In this document: one piece after another, positions 1-9,950 of the stretch
How positions within the stretch are numbered: position 1 is the first letter of the stretch
Layout: every line of letters begins with the position of its first letter
Assembly (NCBI GenBank): GCA_044229845.1
Contig: JBGASG010000001.1
Span: 352,001-416,000, forward strand
Direction of reading: 5' to 3'
Source: Candidatus Obscuribacteraceae bacterium
GTDB taxonomy: Bacteria > Cyanobacteriota > Vampirovibrionia > Obscuribacterales > Obscuribacteraceae
Length of the DNA: 64,000 bases
Position numbers and translations under genes: made by a program
The notes under the pieces: model-generated
The model's database searches: none
The model's input: only the letters and a program-made list of their open reading frames with translations
What the model was told of the DNA's origin: nothing

Positions 1-68
1 GCGCAGCTGACGATCACCGTGAAGAATTCTTCTTCTTTGACCGGATGCTCTTGCATCGACTGGCTCAT
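1..68 (-). CDS. 5' end of the next gene in the purine operon (runs off the window), identity unknown
   Basis: ATG at 68-66 overlaps the purN TGA (ATGA); the frame is open to the window edge: MSQSMQEHPVKEEEFFTVIVSC. Confidence 0.5.
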   Translation of the reverse strand, partial: MSQSMQEHPVKEEEFFTVIVSC

Positions 69-697
69 TTGACCTTCGCCTCCGTCTTCGTTTTGTCTGG
101 TCGGGGCAAGATCTGTACCCCGTGCGTTGCGATGTTGGCCAGCACTTGCGGGTAGAGCCGATGCTCTACTTGCAATCCGCGTTGCTTGAAGGTGTCGATG
201 GTGTCGCCGTCCTCTCTGGCAAAGGCTTCTTGTGCCAAGATCGGCCCGTGGTCTACCTCCTCATCGACGAGGTGCACGGTGACACCGGAGATGCGCACGC
301 CATAGTTGAAGGCGTCTTCGTATCCGGATGCACCGGGAAACGCGGGCAAAAGGGACGGGTGAATGTTGATCACTTTAAATATAGAACGCTCGCGGTCATA
401 GAAAGCCTGCAGAAAATGCGGCGTCAAGACGCGCATATAACCAGCCAGGACTACGAAGTCTACCTTGTACTTCTCCAGGCACGCCAGAACTTCCCTCTCG
501 TGATCGACTCGCGCTTTGCCTCGCGATGAAATGGCATGCGCCGGCACGCCGTGCTCTTCAGCTATCTTGAGCGCCAGCGCATCGGGGTTGTTCGATATGA
601 CGCAGACGACGTTGGCTTTCAGAGAACCGTCCTGAACGGCTTCCAGAATTGCTCCCAGATTGGAGCCTCTTCCTGATACCAGTACCGCATAGTTCAT
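65..697 (-). CDS. purN: phosphoribosylglycinamide formyltransferase
   Basis: SGRGSNL, LAGYMRVL, INIHPSLLPAFPG and VDHGPIL motifs; purine operon context. Confidence 0.97.
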   Translation of the reverse strand: MNYAVLVSGRGSNLGAILEAVQDGSLKANVVCVISNNPDALALKIAEEHGVPAHAISSRGKARVDHEREVLACLEKYKVDFVVLAGYMRVLTPHFLQAFYDRERSIFKVINIHPSLLPAFPGASGYEDAFNYGVRISGVTVHLVDEEVDHGPILAQEAFAREDGDTIDTFKQRGLQVEHRLYPQVLANIATHGVQILPRPDKTKTEAKVK

Positions 698-2043
698 ATC
701 GTTGCGGCTGCAGCCCTCCTGCCAATGTCTTTGCGCCAGGACATGCCCTTGAATGAAACTGCTGTCAGCCCTTCGTATGCCTTTCCGACCGCGGCATCAA
801 GATCAGATCCCAGACCGGTTACGCAAAGAACGCGACCACCGGCGGTGACGAGTCGTCCTTCGCTGCCGCCGTTTCCTTCAAGTTTCGTCCCTGCCTGAAA
901 GACCATGGACTGCTCAGGTAAGTGCTTGACTGTGATTGCCTCGCCTTTCGAGCCTTTTTCCGGATAAGTGTCGGCGCATGCCACCACACAACAAGTCGAG
1001 TGCTTCGACCAGGTGACGGAGACCTCATCCAACTTGCCGTCCGGTGTGTGCCAGAGAACAGGCACCAGATCCGATGACATCAGAGGCAGGACAACCTGCG
1101 TTTCGGGATCGCCGAAGCGTGCATTGAATTCCAGGACGTAGGGCTGGAATGATGGTTTTTTCTGATTGTCTTCCAGGGGCGGACGACTCTCCAGCATGAG
1201 CCCGATATAGAGCACGCCTTTGAAGGGCAGCTGACCGGATGCCAGCGCTTTTCGAATCGGTTCCAGTATTTGACTTTCAATGTCGTCGCGGGCTCGATCA
1301 AATAGATCTGCCGGCGCGTAGGCTCCCATGCCGCCGGTGTTCGGACCACGGTCGCCGTCAAAACGCCGCTTGTGGTCGCGGGCCGCGGGCATCGGCAAAA
1401 GACGCTTGCCGTCACAAAAGACCATCAGCGACATCTCTTCGCCGCGCAACTTTTCTTCGATGACGACGCGCTGTCCGGCGGCGCCGAAACGATTTTCTTT
1501 GAAAATCGCTGTCAGGGCGTCGAGTGCTTCATCTGTATTGTCGTCATCGCAGACGAAAACACCTTTGCCCAGGGCCAGCCCGTCTGCCTTGATCACGCGC
1601 GCCCAGGGGTGGGAAAGGACCAGCTCTTTGGCATCATCGAAGTTATCGGCGACGAAATACCGTGCGGTCGGCAAGTGATGCGTCGACATGAATTCTTTGG
1701 CGTGTGCTTTGCTGGCTTCCATTTGCGCAGCATTCTTGTCCGGACCGAAAACGCGCAGACCGTCGCCGGACAGGTGGTCGACGATACCCATGGCCAGCGG
1801 GTCGTCCGGTCCGATCACCACGAGATCTATTTGTTGCTTGCGGGCGAATTTTGAAAGCTGGGCGAATTCCATAACGGGAATGTCGACGTTTTCGGTCTTG
1901 GCGGTGGAAGCCGTGCCACCGTTGCCGGGGGCGCAGTAAATCTTGTCGACCGCCTTGCTCTGGGCGATCTTCCAGCACAGTGCGTGTTCTCTGCCGCCGC
2001 TGCCGACCACCAGCACTTTCAAGTTATTGGGGATGGCGCTCAT
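694..2043 (-). CDS. purD: phosphoribosylamine--glycine ligase
   Basis: GSGGREHAL, APGNGG, GPNTGGMGAY and EFNARFGDPE motifs. Confidence 0.97.
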   Translation of the reverse strand: MSAIPNNLKVLVVGSGGREHALCWKIAQSKAVDKIYCAPGNGGTASTAKTENVDIPVMEFAQLSKFARKQQIDLVVIGPDDPLAMGIVDHLSGDGLRVFGPDKNAAQMEASKAHAKEFMSTHHLPTARYFVADNFDDAKELVLSHPWARVIKADGLALGKGVFVCDDDNTDEALDALTAIFKENRFGAAGQRVVIEEKLRGEEMSLMVFCDGKRLLPMPAARDHKRRFDGDRGPNTGGMGAYAPADLFDRARDDIESQILEPIRKALASGQLPFKGVLYIGLMLESRPPLEDNQKKPSFQPYVLEFNARFGDPETQVVLPLMSSDLVPVLWHTPDGKLDEVSVTWSKHSTCCVVACADTYPEKGSKGEAITVKHLPEQSMVFQAGTKLEGNGGSEGRLVTAGGRVLCVTGLGSDLDAAVGKAYEGLTAVSFKGMSWRKDIGRRAAAATI

Positions 2044-3245
2044 TTCTGCTTACCCCCGATGAATGAATTGAGTTTGTTGCTCAGTTCGACAAGCTCGGGT
2101 TGACCGCTGAAGACTGCTTCTCCCGCTACGGTGTTGAAGAGGCTGGGGTACAGGGCATCCGCAAGCGCCTTGCTGGGGGCATCCAGAGGGTCCGGAGTTT
2201 TCCCCAACTCTTCAGTGCAGACCTGTTTCCAGTTGTCGGCACCGCGACCGGTGGCAATGGCTTGCGCTTCCTTGATAGCTTTTTCCCAGGCGGTGTCGCG
2301 GTAGATCTGGCGAATGAACTCTTTGGAAAGATGTGCGCCTGACGAGATCAACCTCAGCTCGTCGGGACCAATGCTGTCTGCCAGGAGAAGCTTGCCGTCA
2401 TGAATGATGAACTCGAATTTGCCGTCCCACAATTCGATGCCGCGTTCGGCGAAGAGAGCGAGCAGTCCGACTGCTGCTGCCAGTGCCAGTTCGGAAAGTT
2501 CTTCGAATTGTTCGACGGACAAAGTTGAAATGTTGACGGCCTCTTGCAAGGTGAGCAGGCGATCTTTAGGTTCGAGCTTGGTGAAAAATTCCAGGACGGG
2601 GCGATCGAACAACCTTCCTTCTTGAGGCACTTCATGCAGACCGAGTTGACGAGCATACTGCGGATTGTTCTCCAGACGTGCTTTCAGCGATGACCCGCTG
2701 GGCATGCCAAAGCGGAATACAACTTCCAGAGGGACGAGCCGCGTCTTTTCTCGGTGCGAGTCGAGCGGGTAGTAGTAAATCGTCTGTCCGTTAAGCGATA
2801 CGGGAGAAACTTTCGGCACATGCGCGCGTACTACTTCTAGAAACGCTCGGTCGCACGCGGGAAGCGATTTCAGCGGCAGCTTGCTGCCGGTTTCATCCAC
2901 CAGATCTACAAAGTGACTGGGCAGTCCGGTCTTTTGCAGTCCGACGAAAACCGGATGTTTCGTGCGTTGCTGCCACCAGTCATGATTAAGCTGCTGCACC
3001 GGCGTCGAAGTGAGGCTTTGCCAGAACTGCGGCTGGGACAACTGTTCGAAGAAGTATGCACCGAATGCGGTGAGAGCTTTGCCTTTGTCGGCAATCGTGT
3101 CGGGCATCTTGCCCCAGTCGAAAACTGAATAGTCATCTGTAAACTCGAACCAGAGCCTGTCGGGCCTTGCCGCCGGCTGCCACACACGTTTTACCGAGCC
3201 TTCGTAGATGCAGTTCATCTGTGTGGTGCCTGATTTGGTCGGCAT
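2040..3245 (-). CDS. purC: SAICAR synthetase, long form
   Basis: YEGSVK, FTDDYSVFDWG, PLEVVFR, DGKFEF and DSIGPDELR motifs; lies between purF and purD. Confidence 0.9.
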   Translation of the reverse strand: MPTKSGTTQMNCIYEGSVKRVWQPAARPDRLWFEFTDDYSVFDWGKMPDTIADKGKALTAFGAYFFEQLSQPQFWQSLTSTPVQQLNHDWWQQRTKHPVFVGLQKTGLPSHFVDLVDETGSKLPLKSLPACDRAFLEVVRAHVPKVSPVSLNGQTIYYYPLDSHREKTRLVPLEVVFRFGMPSGSSLKARLENNPQYARQLGLHEVPQEGRLFDRPVLEFFTKLEPKDRLLTLQEAVNISTLSVEQFEELSELALAAAVGLLALFAERGIELWDGKFEFIIHDGKLLLADSIGPDELRLISSGAHLSKEFIRQIYRDTAWEKAIKEAQAIATGRGADNWKQVCTEELGKTPDPLDAPSKALADALYPSLFNTVAGEAVFSGQPELVELSNKLNSFIGGKQK

Positions 3246-3247
3246 GG

Positions 3248-4699
3248 TTATGGTTCTCTGCTCAGCTGTCTCAATCTGTCTTCGGTACGCTTGGTTTCAA
3301 AACTCTCCCCGTGGGAGATGTCGGTGGGATACTGGTTGGTCACGCAGCCGGTGCACAGATCGCGCTGCGCCAGCGCTTTCTTCAGCCCGTCGACGGTCTG
3401 GTAAATGACGCGGTCGGCGCCCAGTGCTTCTGCAATTTCTTCTTCGTTGCGACCGACCGCCACCAGCTCTTTGCGCGACGGAAAGTCGATGCCGTAATAA
3501 CAAGGATTGGCAATCGGCGGGCAGGTAGAAACCAGCGTCACTTCGCGAGCGCCGGCTTTTCTAATCAGCTTGATCAGTTGGATGGCAGTGTTGCCGCGCA
3601 CGATACTGTCATCGACTACCAGGCAACGTTTACCTTCGATTTCAGAGTCAATTGGGAAGAGCTTGCGTCTGATGGCTTCCTGACGGGTGGCCTGGTCGTC
3701 CAGGATAAATGTGCGATTGACGTAGCGGTTTTTGATCAGCAGTTCGCGGAAGGGCAGTCCCAGTGACTCGGCGATGGCGATGGCCGCTGTGCGACTGGTA
3801 TCGGGAACCGGCACCACGACATCCGCGCCGATGCCGCGCGCTTTCAGTTCTTCGGCGAGAATCATGCCCAGCTGGAAGCGCGCCTGGTAGACGGATATGT
3901 CGCCCATTTCAGATTCGACGCGGGCGAAGTAAACCCACTCGAACATGCATGGTTTGTAAGTGCGCGCCAGGAGCAGTTTTCTCTCGACGGTACCATCTTT
4001 GGTGACCAGCACAGCCTCACCAGGTTTGACTTCGCTCTTTTCGTCATAACCGAGATAGTCGAGTGCTACTGATTCACTGGACAGCGCGTACGATGTCTCG
4101 CCGTCGCGGACGCGCTTGCCGAGCAATAGCGGGCGAATGCCGTCCGGATCGCGGAAGCCGAAAATTGATCCATGCTTGGTGATGCCGGCGATGGCGTAGC
4201 TGCCGACTAACTCTTTCATGGCTTTGCCGATGGCGGCGAAAAGAAACTCCGGCGCCAGGCTGCGGTCGGTCAATTCTTCGCAGATGAGGCGCAGAATTAC
4301 TTCCGAGTCTGACTCGGTTGCAAAACGAATGCGCCTGGATTGGTTCACCAGGCGCTCTCTAAGGTCGTAGCAATTTACTATGTTGCCGTTGTGCGCGATG
4401 CCGATGCCGACGGCGTTGTCGAGGAACGGCTGCAACAGATTGGGATCGCGTCTGCCGATTGTGGCATAGCGAGTGTGTCCGAGTGCAGCCTCGCCCTTCA
4501 AGTTTCTGAACGAGCGCTCGGAGAAAACATTTTCTATAAGTCCGGACCCACGCTGGAGATTGAACTGGATTTGATCAGACCGCGAGTCAAGCGTTAGAAT
4601 GCCTGCCCCGTCCTGACCCCGGTGCTGCAGGTTCATCAGCCCTACGAAGGTCTCGTAGGCTGCATCTTGCGTTCCAACAACGCTTATCAAACCGCACAT
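3248..4699 (-). CDS. purF: amidophosphoribosyltransferase
   Basis: N-terminal MCG nucleophile, QHRGQD, GHTRYAT and PRPP motif VDDSIVRGNT. Confidence 0.97.
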   Translation of the reverse strand: MCGLISVVGTQDAAYETFVGLMNLQHRGQDGAGILTLDSRSDQIQFNLQRGSGLIENVFSERSFRNLKGEAALGHTRYATIGRRDPNLLQPFLDNAVGIGIAHNGNIVNCYDLRERLVNQSRRIRFATESDSEVILRLICEELTDRSLAPEFLFAAIGKAMKELVGSYAIAGITKHGSIFGFRDPDGIRPLLLGKRVRDGETSYALSSESVALDYLGYDEKSEVKPGEAVLVTKDGTVERKLLLARTYKPCMFEWVYFARVESEMGDISVYQARFQLGMILAEELKARGIGADVVVPVPDTSRTAAIAIAESLGLPFRELLIKNRYVNRTFILDDQATRQEAIRRKLFPIDSEIEGKRCLVVDDSIVRGNTAIQLIKLIRKAGAREVTLVSTCPPIANPCYYGIDFPSRKELVAVGRNEEEIAEALGADRVIYQTVDGLKKALAQRDLCTGCVTNQYPTDISHGESFETKRTEDRLRQLSREP

Positions 4700-4877
4700 A
4701 GACTCGGATTTACTCTCCGGGCGACGTGTTCGATGAGAAGCATAGCCTGATTCGCGCTGAAAGTAAGCAATGTTGATGTTTCTTGTACATTGGTAAGCGT
4801 ATATAAACTACACAGGCAGTCGCGAAGCGGCGCATATGCAGACGACCCGGCCGCGGCGCTAGAAGTGTCGAATTTGC

Positions 4878-6380
4878 TTAGACAGTAATTTTTATCCAGC
4901 GTCCCGATTGAAAACGGACGGCGATGATGATTGCCGACAGGCAAACTGAGCCGGTCATCGCCCACCAGACTCCTGACGGTCCCCAGCCCCACACCTCAGC
5001 CAGCACATATGCAATCGGCAGTCTGACCACCCAGTTGGTGAAGAGGGAGACCCACATGGGAAATTTGGTGTCTCCGGCACCCTGCAGGGCGCCGGAGAGA
5101 ATCATATTGACTGCCAGGAGCGGTTCGCAAAATGCGTTAATGCGCAGGTAGTCGGCTGTATATGCAATCGTGTTGGGATCGTGAGTCATGACGCGGGCAA
5201 TCGGGTCGGCGCAGAGGTAGAGCGCAGTGCCCAGCAGAAGCATCATACCGACACCGATGTTGCTGACGTTCCAGCCGGCTTTGCGAGCTCGGTCAATTTC
5301 TTTGGCGCCCAGATTCTGGCCGACAATATTACCCACCGCCAGACTCAGTGCCATGAGCGGCATAAAGAGTAGCGCTTCCACGCGCATACCGATGGTCCAC
5401 GATGCCAGTGCGGCGGTGGGGTCGGACAGCCCTTTCAAGATGAAGAACACAACCAGAGTGGATGCTGCCCAACCCCAGCGATGGAAGGCAGCCGGGATGC
5501 CCAGTTTCAGCAGTCTGCTCATTGAGTTGATCGCGATTGGATAGACCTGCCCGAGCGCCGGTGCCAGAGGAGAATGTTTGATGCGATAGAGCGCAATCAC
5601 AGCACCTACGAAAGCGCCGACGATGGCCGAACCGGCGATGCCCCGCACTCCAAGACCGGGAACCGGCCAGTTTCCGAGCACGGTCAAGTAGTCGCCGGCG
5701 ATGGTAATCACCAGTTCGGTCATCACCACATATAGTGGCGTGCGCGCATCGCCGATTGCCCGGAAGGCGGCATTGCTGATGGCGATCAAGCTAAACGGAA
5801 TCAGATAAAGCGCGTAGACGCTCAGGTAGTCGGTTCCGATTTCCTGCACGGTCTTGGTCGTCGTGAAGAGCGGCAGCAAGAAGTGAGCGGTGAAATATCC
5901 TACGATGGTCAGCACCAGCCCGCCGGTGACAGACAGGGCAATCGACTGCCCGGTCATGTACGCTGCTTCCTCCGGGTTGTTTTCACCGGCGGCGCGTGAG
6001 ACGATGGCTGTTGTGCCGACGGCAATTGCCATGACGAAAACGCAGAAGATAAAAATCAGTTGCTCGGCGACACCCACGGCTGCCTGGGCCGGAGCGCCCA
6101 GATAGCCGGCCACCTGCACGTCTGCCATGCCGACGATGGATGAGGTGATGGTCGTGATCATGAGAGGCCACGACATGTCCCAGATAGCGCGCCACAAGTT
6201 GCCGCGCACCAGAACGGCACCCGGGTTGGCTGCGTTGGTTGCGGGGCGGGCCGCCAATGCTGCCGCTTCTTCCATGGCCATCGGTTCAGCGGATGCGCCG
6301 GCTACTTCAGAGGCAAAAAAATCTGCCGCGTCCGCACTTTCGGGCAGCACATCACCTGTCTCTGGGGTTTCAGTCGACAT
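4878..6380 (-). CDS. MATE family efflux transporter
   Basis: About 12 hydrophobic segments; FRAIGDARTP, VGQNLGA and LQGAGDT motifs. Confidence 0.92.
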   Translation of the reverse strand: MSTETPETGDVLPESADAADFFASEVAGASAEPMAMEEAAALAARPATNAANPGAVLVRGNLWRAIWDMSWPLMITTITSSIVGMADVQVAGYLGAPAQAAVGVAEQLIFIFCVFVMAIAVGTTAIVSRAAGENNPEEAAYMTGQSIALSVTGGLVLTIVGYFTAHFLLPLFTTTKTVQEIGTDYLSVYALYLIPFSLIAISNAAFRAIGDARTPLYVVMTELVITIAGDYLTVLGNWPVPGLGVRGIAGSAIVGAFVGAVIALYRIKHSPLAPALGQVYPIAINSMSRLLKLGIPAAFHRWGWAASTLVVFFILKGLSDPTAALASWTIGMRVEALLFMPLMALSLAVGNIVGQNLGAKEIDRARKAGWNVSNIGVGMMLLLGTALYLCADPIARVMTHDPNTIAYTADYLRINAFCEPLLAVNMILSGALQGAGDTKFPMWVSLFTNWVVRLPIAYVLAEVWGWGPSGVWWAMTGSVCLSAIIIAVRFQSGRWIKITV

Positions 6381-6469
6381 TTCAGGAAGTATATCAGCAG
6401 AAGGAAAGCGAGCGGGAGAAACCCCCGCCCGCCTTGCTTTAGTGCGCCGGTAAAAACTCTAGTAAGTGG

Positions 6470-6503
6470 AGGCAGCAAGTAGGTGTTGCTCTACTTGCTG
6501 CCT
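6470..6503. terminator. strong hairpin just after the VIT/vWA gene, probable terminator
   Basis: AGGCAGCAAGTAG / CTACTTGCTGCCT, a 13-bp perfect stem; the T-run is on the + strand. Confidence 0.55.
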
Positions 6504-6517
6504 TTGTTCTCGAGAAC

Positions 6518-9250
6518 CTAGCTGAACATCTCCCAGAAGCGCTTCTCTTTCGAGAAGTTGGTGGCTTCAGAATGTGCTGCTTCCAAAGCAGCCATGTACC
6601 GATCCCAGAGCGGGCGGATGTTGTCCGGCGTAGCGCCCTTGGCTTTCAAGGAATTGATCAACTCAACTGCTTGCGAGCGCAAGAAGGTCTGCACCTGCGG
6701 TACCTTGTCGGCTTTTGGATAAGATGCGAGCAAGGTGAGAGCGCCCTGGCGTTTCTTCTCAAGCGCATCGGCATCCACCGACTTGCCTGTCTGAAACTCG
6801 TTCCACGCATCGAGCAGAGCCTGGAAGAACTCAGCTACTTCTGCAGGCAACTTAGCGACTTTGTCCGACTTCTCGGCTTTCGCTTTATCTTGTAGTTGCT
6901 CCTCTTCCGGTGCAGCGCCGGCCTTGATGTTCATGTTGAAGTTGCGGTAGGGCGATACTTTCGGCTGCGGTGCAGGCGGCGGTGCCGCAGAGGCGGGCGC
7001 CGATCCTGGCGTAGGCGGTTCCTGATGCGCGGGGGCACTGCCTTCTGCGCATTGTTGGGAAAGCATGTTGTCCATTTCGTCGCCTTGAGCGCTGCCGCCA
7101 AATCCTCCACCAGCCATTGGTGCCGCTGCCGGTGAACCCCAGCCGCCTGTGACTGTACCCCAATCGTCCGCGGCACCACCGGCGCCACCGGCCGGCGGTG
7201 CCGACCAGCAGTTTGTTTGTTGATGCGGACTCGGTGCGGCTGCTCCGCGTTGCCGCGTCAGCTGACCCATCAGTGAACTGCCTGGACGGGCGAGTGATCT
7301 GGTCGGATCCGCCGGATCGACCCAACCTGCCGGTTCGTGCACCGGCTGGGTGACTTCCAGTCGCTTACCCGTACTGTTGGCGATTTCGGAGTGATCGATA
7401 GCCACAAACGCCGTGAAGCGTGTCAGGATTGAATGTTCGATTGAAAGTGCAATCAAGTCTTTGCGCAATTGAGCCAGGTAGTTGGGCTGCATGCGCATCT
7501 GGTCTTCGATGTCGATGATGCGTCCCTTGGCCCAGAGTTGCGAGATGGCTTTCACCTTCACCGCGACCGGTGACACCTTCTCTTCGAAGGTCTTTCCGTC
7601 GGGTAACGTGCCTTTGATCTTGACAGTGCCCTTCTTGTTCAATTTGAGGAAAACAGAGGCTCCGCGACCAGCGAAGACATCAGGTACGTTGTCGGGCGTC
7701 ACCGAATCTTTGACGACAATCTTGCCGGCATCGTCGATGGTGATGTCTGTCAAAACCGGCGGTCCGATTTCTCTTGCCACCGCACGCAGTGCTCCTTCTA
7801 TCTGCGCTCCGGGCTGCACAAACGTGGCCGTTCCCCCACCAAGCTGTGCAACCCGGCGCAGAAGCCCTGTGTTGACTGCGCTGTCCACGCCGAGAGTGAA
7901 CAGGCGAGCCCCCGCAATGCGGGACTGAATCAACTTGAAGATGCGGCTTTCGTCGCCGACATCTCCGTCGGTCAACAAGATAACAATCGGAATACGTGCT
8001 TCGGTAGCCTTGCCGTGCACCTTGAACAATTCGTCGAATGCCTGGTCGAGAGCCCAGTACATTTCGGTGCCGCCGCGGGCATTTATGGTCCGCAGATAGT
8101 CGCAGCCGAGTGCGATGCCGGCTTCGTCCGCCAGAGCGAAATTGCCGTTGCCGTTACGCACTTTGTTAGGGCTGTACCATTCAACTGTGTCATCGAATGC
8201 CGCGATGGCGAAGCGATCGGTCGGACGCAAGGTCGAGATCAAGTTGGCGCAGGAGCGCGCTGCCCAGACCATCTTTTCACCTTCCATAGAGCCGGAGCGG
8301 TCGAGGACGAAAACCACGTCTCTAGGAATTGTCAAAACAACTTCGGAAGCCGGCGGCAAAATGGAGAGCATGCCGTAAAGGTCGCCGTTTTCGGCAGTGT
8401 AAGTAATCAGGTTGCTGGTGATCTTATTCGAAGATAGACGCCAGCTGAGAACAAAGTCGCGGTCCATCAACTCGTCCGAGCGCGACAGTCCCACTTTCAG
8501 CGAGTCGGCGCTCATACCGACTTTGGTGGCGTGCTGCGAACAACTGAGATCGTCGACGATCAGACCTTCGCCGGTGGCGATATCAACTTCTATATTGAGT
8601 GCCACCTTCGGATCGAACCCCGGCGCCAACCGGGGCGGAGTGATACGCGACGCATCCGGAACAATGTCCGTGTCGCTTTCTGTGCCAGTGCCTACACCAG
8701 GTCCCTCTTCGGCTTCGCCGGGGATATATCGCGGTGCCACCACCAGGGGGAGCATAATTTCAGTGCGTCCATCTTCGAAGAAAACCAGTTTTTCCGAATA
8801 GGTAAGGACAACTGAGACTTCTTCATTCGGTGGAATATTGCCGACTTGTACGGTGAAAACGTCGTCGCGCTCTTGTTCGAGCAATGCGGCGCGTTTGCCT
8901 TCCTGTAATGCTTGCTGATAGTTGGCGCGGGCTTGACCTCGCTCTTCAACAACGCCTTTGACGACGCGAGTGCCGACGCGCATTTCGAAGTCGCTGACGG
9001 CGCAGCCGCCGGACAGAGGAAACACATAGATGCACTCGATGGCTTCAGCGTGGTCGTTGACGAACTTCTGATGCACTCTCACTGTGGCGATGCGGTCTGC
9101 TACTTGAGCCTGTATTTCGACTCCGGCAAGCGGCAGACGAATCTTCGTCAGTGCAGCGGCTGCGGATACCAACTCGCCGAGTCCGCGCTGATGTTGCCCG
9201 ACCGGCAACGTGATAAGTGGTAGTTTCTGCATACTGGCAGCGGTACTCAT
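6518..9250 (-). CDS. VIT and von Willebrand factor A domain protein (inter-alpha-trypsin inhibitor-like)
   Basis: VIT segment (IECIYVFPL..AVSDFEM), MIDAS motifs DRSGSM and LLTDG, TRFTAFVAID, then a Pro/Gly-rich linker and a helical tail. Confidence 0.92.
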   Translation of the reverse strand: MSTAASMQKLPLITLPVGQHQRGLGELVSAAAALTKIRLPLAGVEIQAQVADRIATVRVHQKFVNDHAEAIECIYVFPLSGGCAVSDFEMRVGTRVVKGVVEERGQARANYQQALQEGKRAALLEQERDDVFTVQVGNIPPNEEVSVVLTYSEKLVFFEDGRTEIMLPLVVAPRYIPGEAEEGPGVGTGTESDTDIVPDASRITPPRLAPGFDPKVALNIEVDIATGEGLIVDDLSCSQHATKVGMSADSLKVGLSRSDELMDRDFVLSWRLSSNKITSNLITYTAENGDLYGMLSILPPASEVVLTIPRDVVFVLDRSGSMEGEKMVWAARSCANLISTLRPTDRFAIAAFDDTVEWYSPNKVRNGNGNFALADEAGIALGCDYLRTINARGGTEMYWALDQAFDELFKVHGKATEARIPIVILLTDGDVGDESRIFKLIQSRIAGARLFTLGVDSAVNTGLLRRVAQLGGGTATFVQPGAQIEGALRAVAREIGPPVLTDITIDDAGKIVVKDSVTPDNVPDVFAGRGASVFLKLNKKGTVKIKGTLPDGKTFEEKVSPVAVKVKAISQLWAKGRIIDIEDQMRMQPNYLAQLRKDLIALSIEHSILTRFTAFVAIDHSEIANSTGKRLEVTQPVHEPAGWVDPADPTRSLARPGSSLMGQLTRQRGAAAPSPHQQTNCWSAPPAGGAGGAADDWGTVTGGWGSPAAAPMAGGGFGGSAQGDEMDNMLSQQCAEGSAPAHQEPPTPGSAPASAAPPPAPQPKVSPYRNFNMNIKAGAAPEEEQLQDKAKAEKSDKVAKLPAEVAEFFQALLDAWNEFQTGKSVDADALEKKRQGALTLLASYPKADKVPQVQTFLRSQAVELINSLKAKGATPDNIRPLWDRYMAALEAAHSEATNFSKEKRFWEMFS

Positions 9251-9266
9251 GTTAGTTTCCCCTCCG

Positions 9267-9809
9267 TTATTCCCGTCCCCGGGAATTTGATAGTGAATTC
9301 AAGATCGCTCGCAGCCTCTCCACGGCTGCATCCACGTCTTCGTCCGGAACCCAGGTTGCCTCCACCATCAGTTTCAGACCAGGTTCGACTTCTACTTCGC
9401 GCCAGATAACCGTTTGGATTTGGTTGCCTTGTCCCGCCCGCGAACCGACGGCGGTGATTGGTGCGCCCTGATCAGCGGCTTCGGCGAATGCGGTGAGCAT
9501 CAGCTCGAGTTCGTGATCCGTGCGGCCGTAGATGCGGGACTGGATATCAGACAAAGGTAGCAGTCGCGCTTGCAACGCCTTGATAGCAAGAACTTGCAGA
9601 ACGTGGCGTTTGGTGTAGCGCGCCTGGCGCCCTTCGATTGTTGGCCGATCGATCAATCCAAGACTTGTGTAATACCGAATAGTGCGAATGTCGGGTGCCT
9701 GCGAGACACGATGGTCCTGCTGGGCGCCGAGCAGCTGGTAAGTAGCCAGCGCTTGCTCGACCTCGATACGAAGCTCCTCCAGTGATAGCGATGGAATTTG
9801 TGTGACCAT
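9267..9809 (-). CDS. MerR-like helix-turn-helix protein
   Basis: PDIRTIRYYTSLGLIDRP..YTKRHVLQVLAIK; start moved from the ORF-track 9875 to ATG 9809. Confidence 0.85.
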   Translation of the reverse strand: MVTQIPSLSLEELRIEVEQALATYQLLGAQQDHRVSQAPDIRTIRYYTSLGLIDRPTIEGRQARYTKRHVLQVLAIKALQARLLPLSDIQSRIYGRTDHELELMLTAFAEAADQGAPITAVGSRAGQGNQIQTVIWREVEVEPGLKLMVEATWVPDEDVDAAVERLRAILNSLSNSRGRE

Positions 9810-9845
9810 GACAGTAATATAGCGCGATTGCTGTAATGCTGTCAA
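9810..9845 (-). promoter_or_regulatory. sigma70-type promoter of the MerR-VIT operon, probably leaderless
   Basis: TTGACA (9845-9840), 18 bp, TATATT (9821-9816), 6 nt, then ATG; no Shine-Dalgarno. Confidence 0.65.
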
Positions 9846-9950
9846 GGTTGCTGTAAGCAATGCCCCCAGCGCCACTGGGCGCCTGTCTCAGTGTTCACTC
9901 ATGCGGAATTACGACAGTTTTTGCATATTTACTGTCACAATCGACGCTGA

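Noticed and set aside
4700..4877. Purine/ZTP riboswitch upstream of purF
   Set aside because: Only a superficial GGGUCGU match; the conserved cores were not recognisable.
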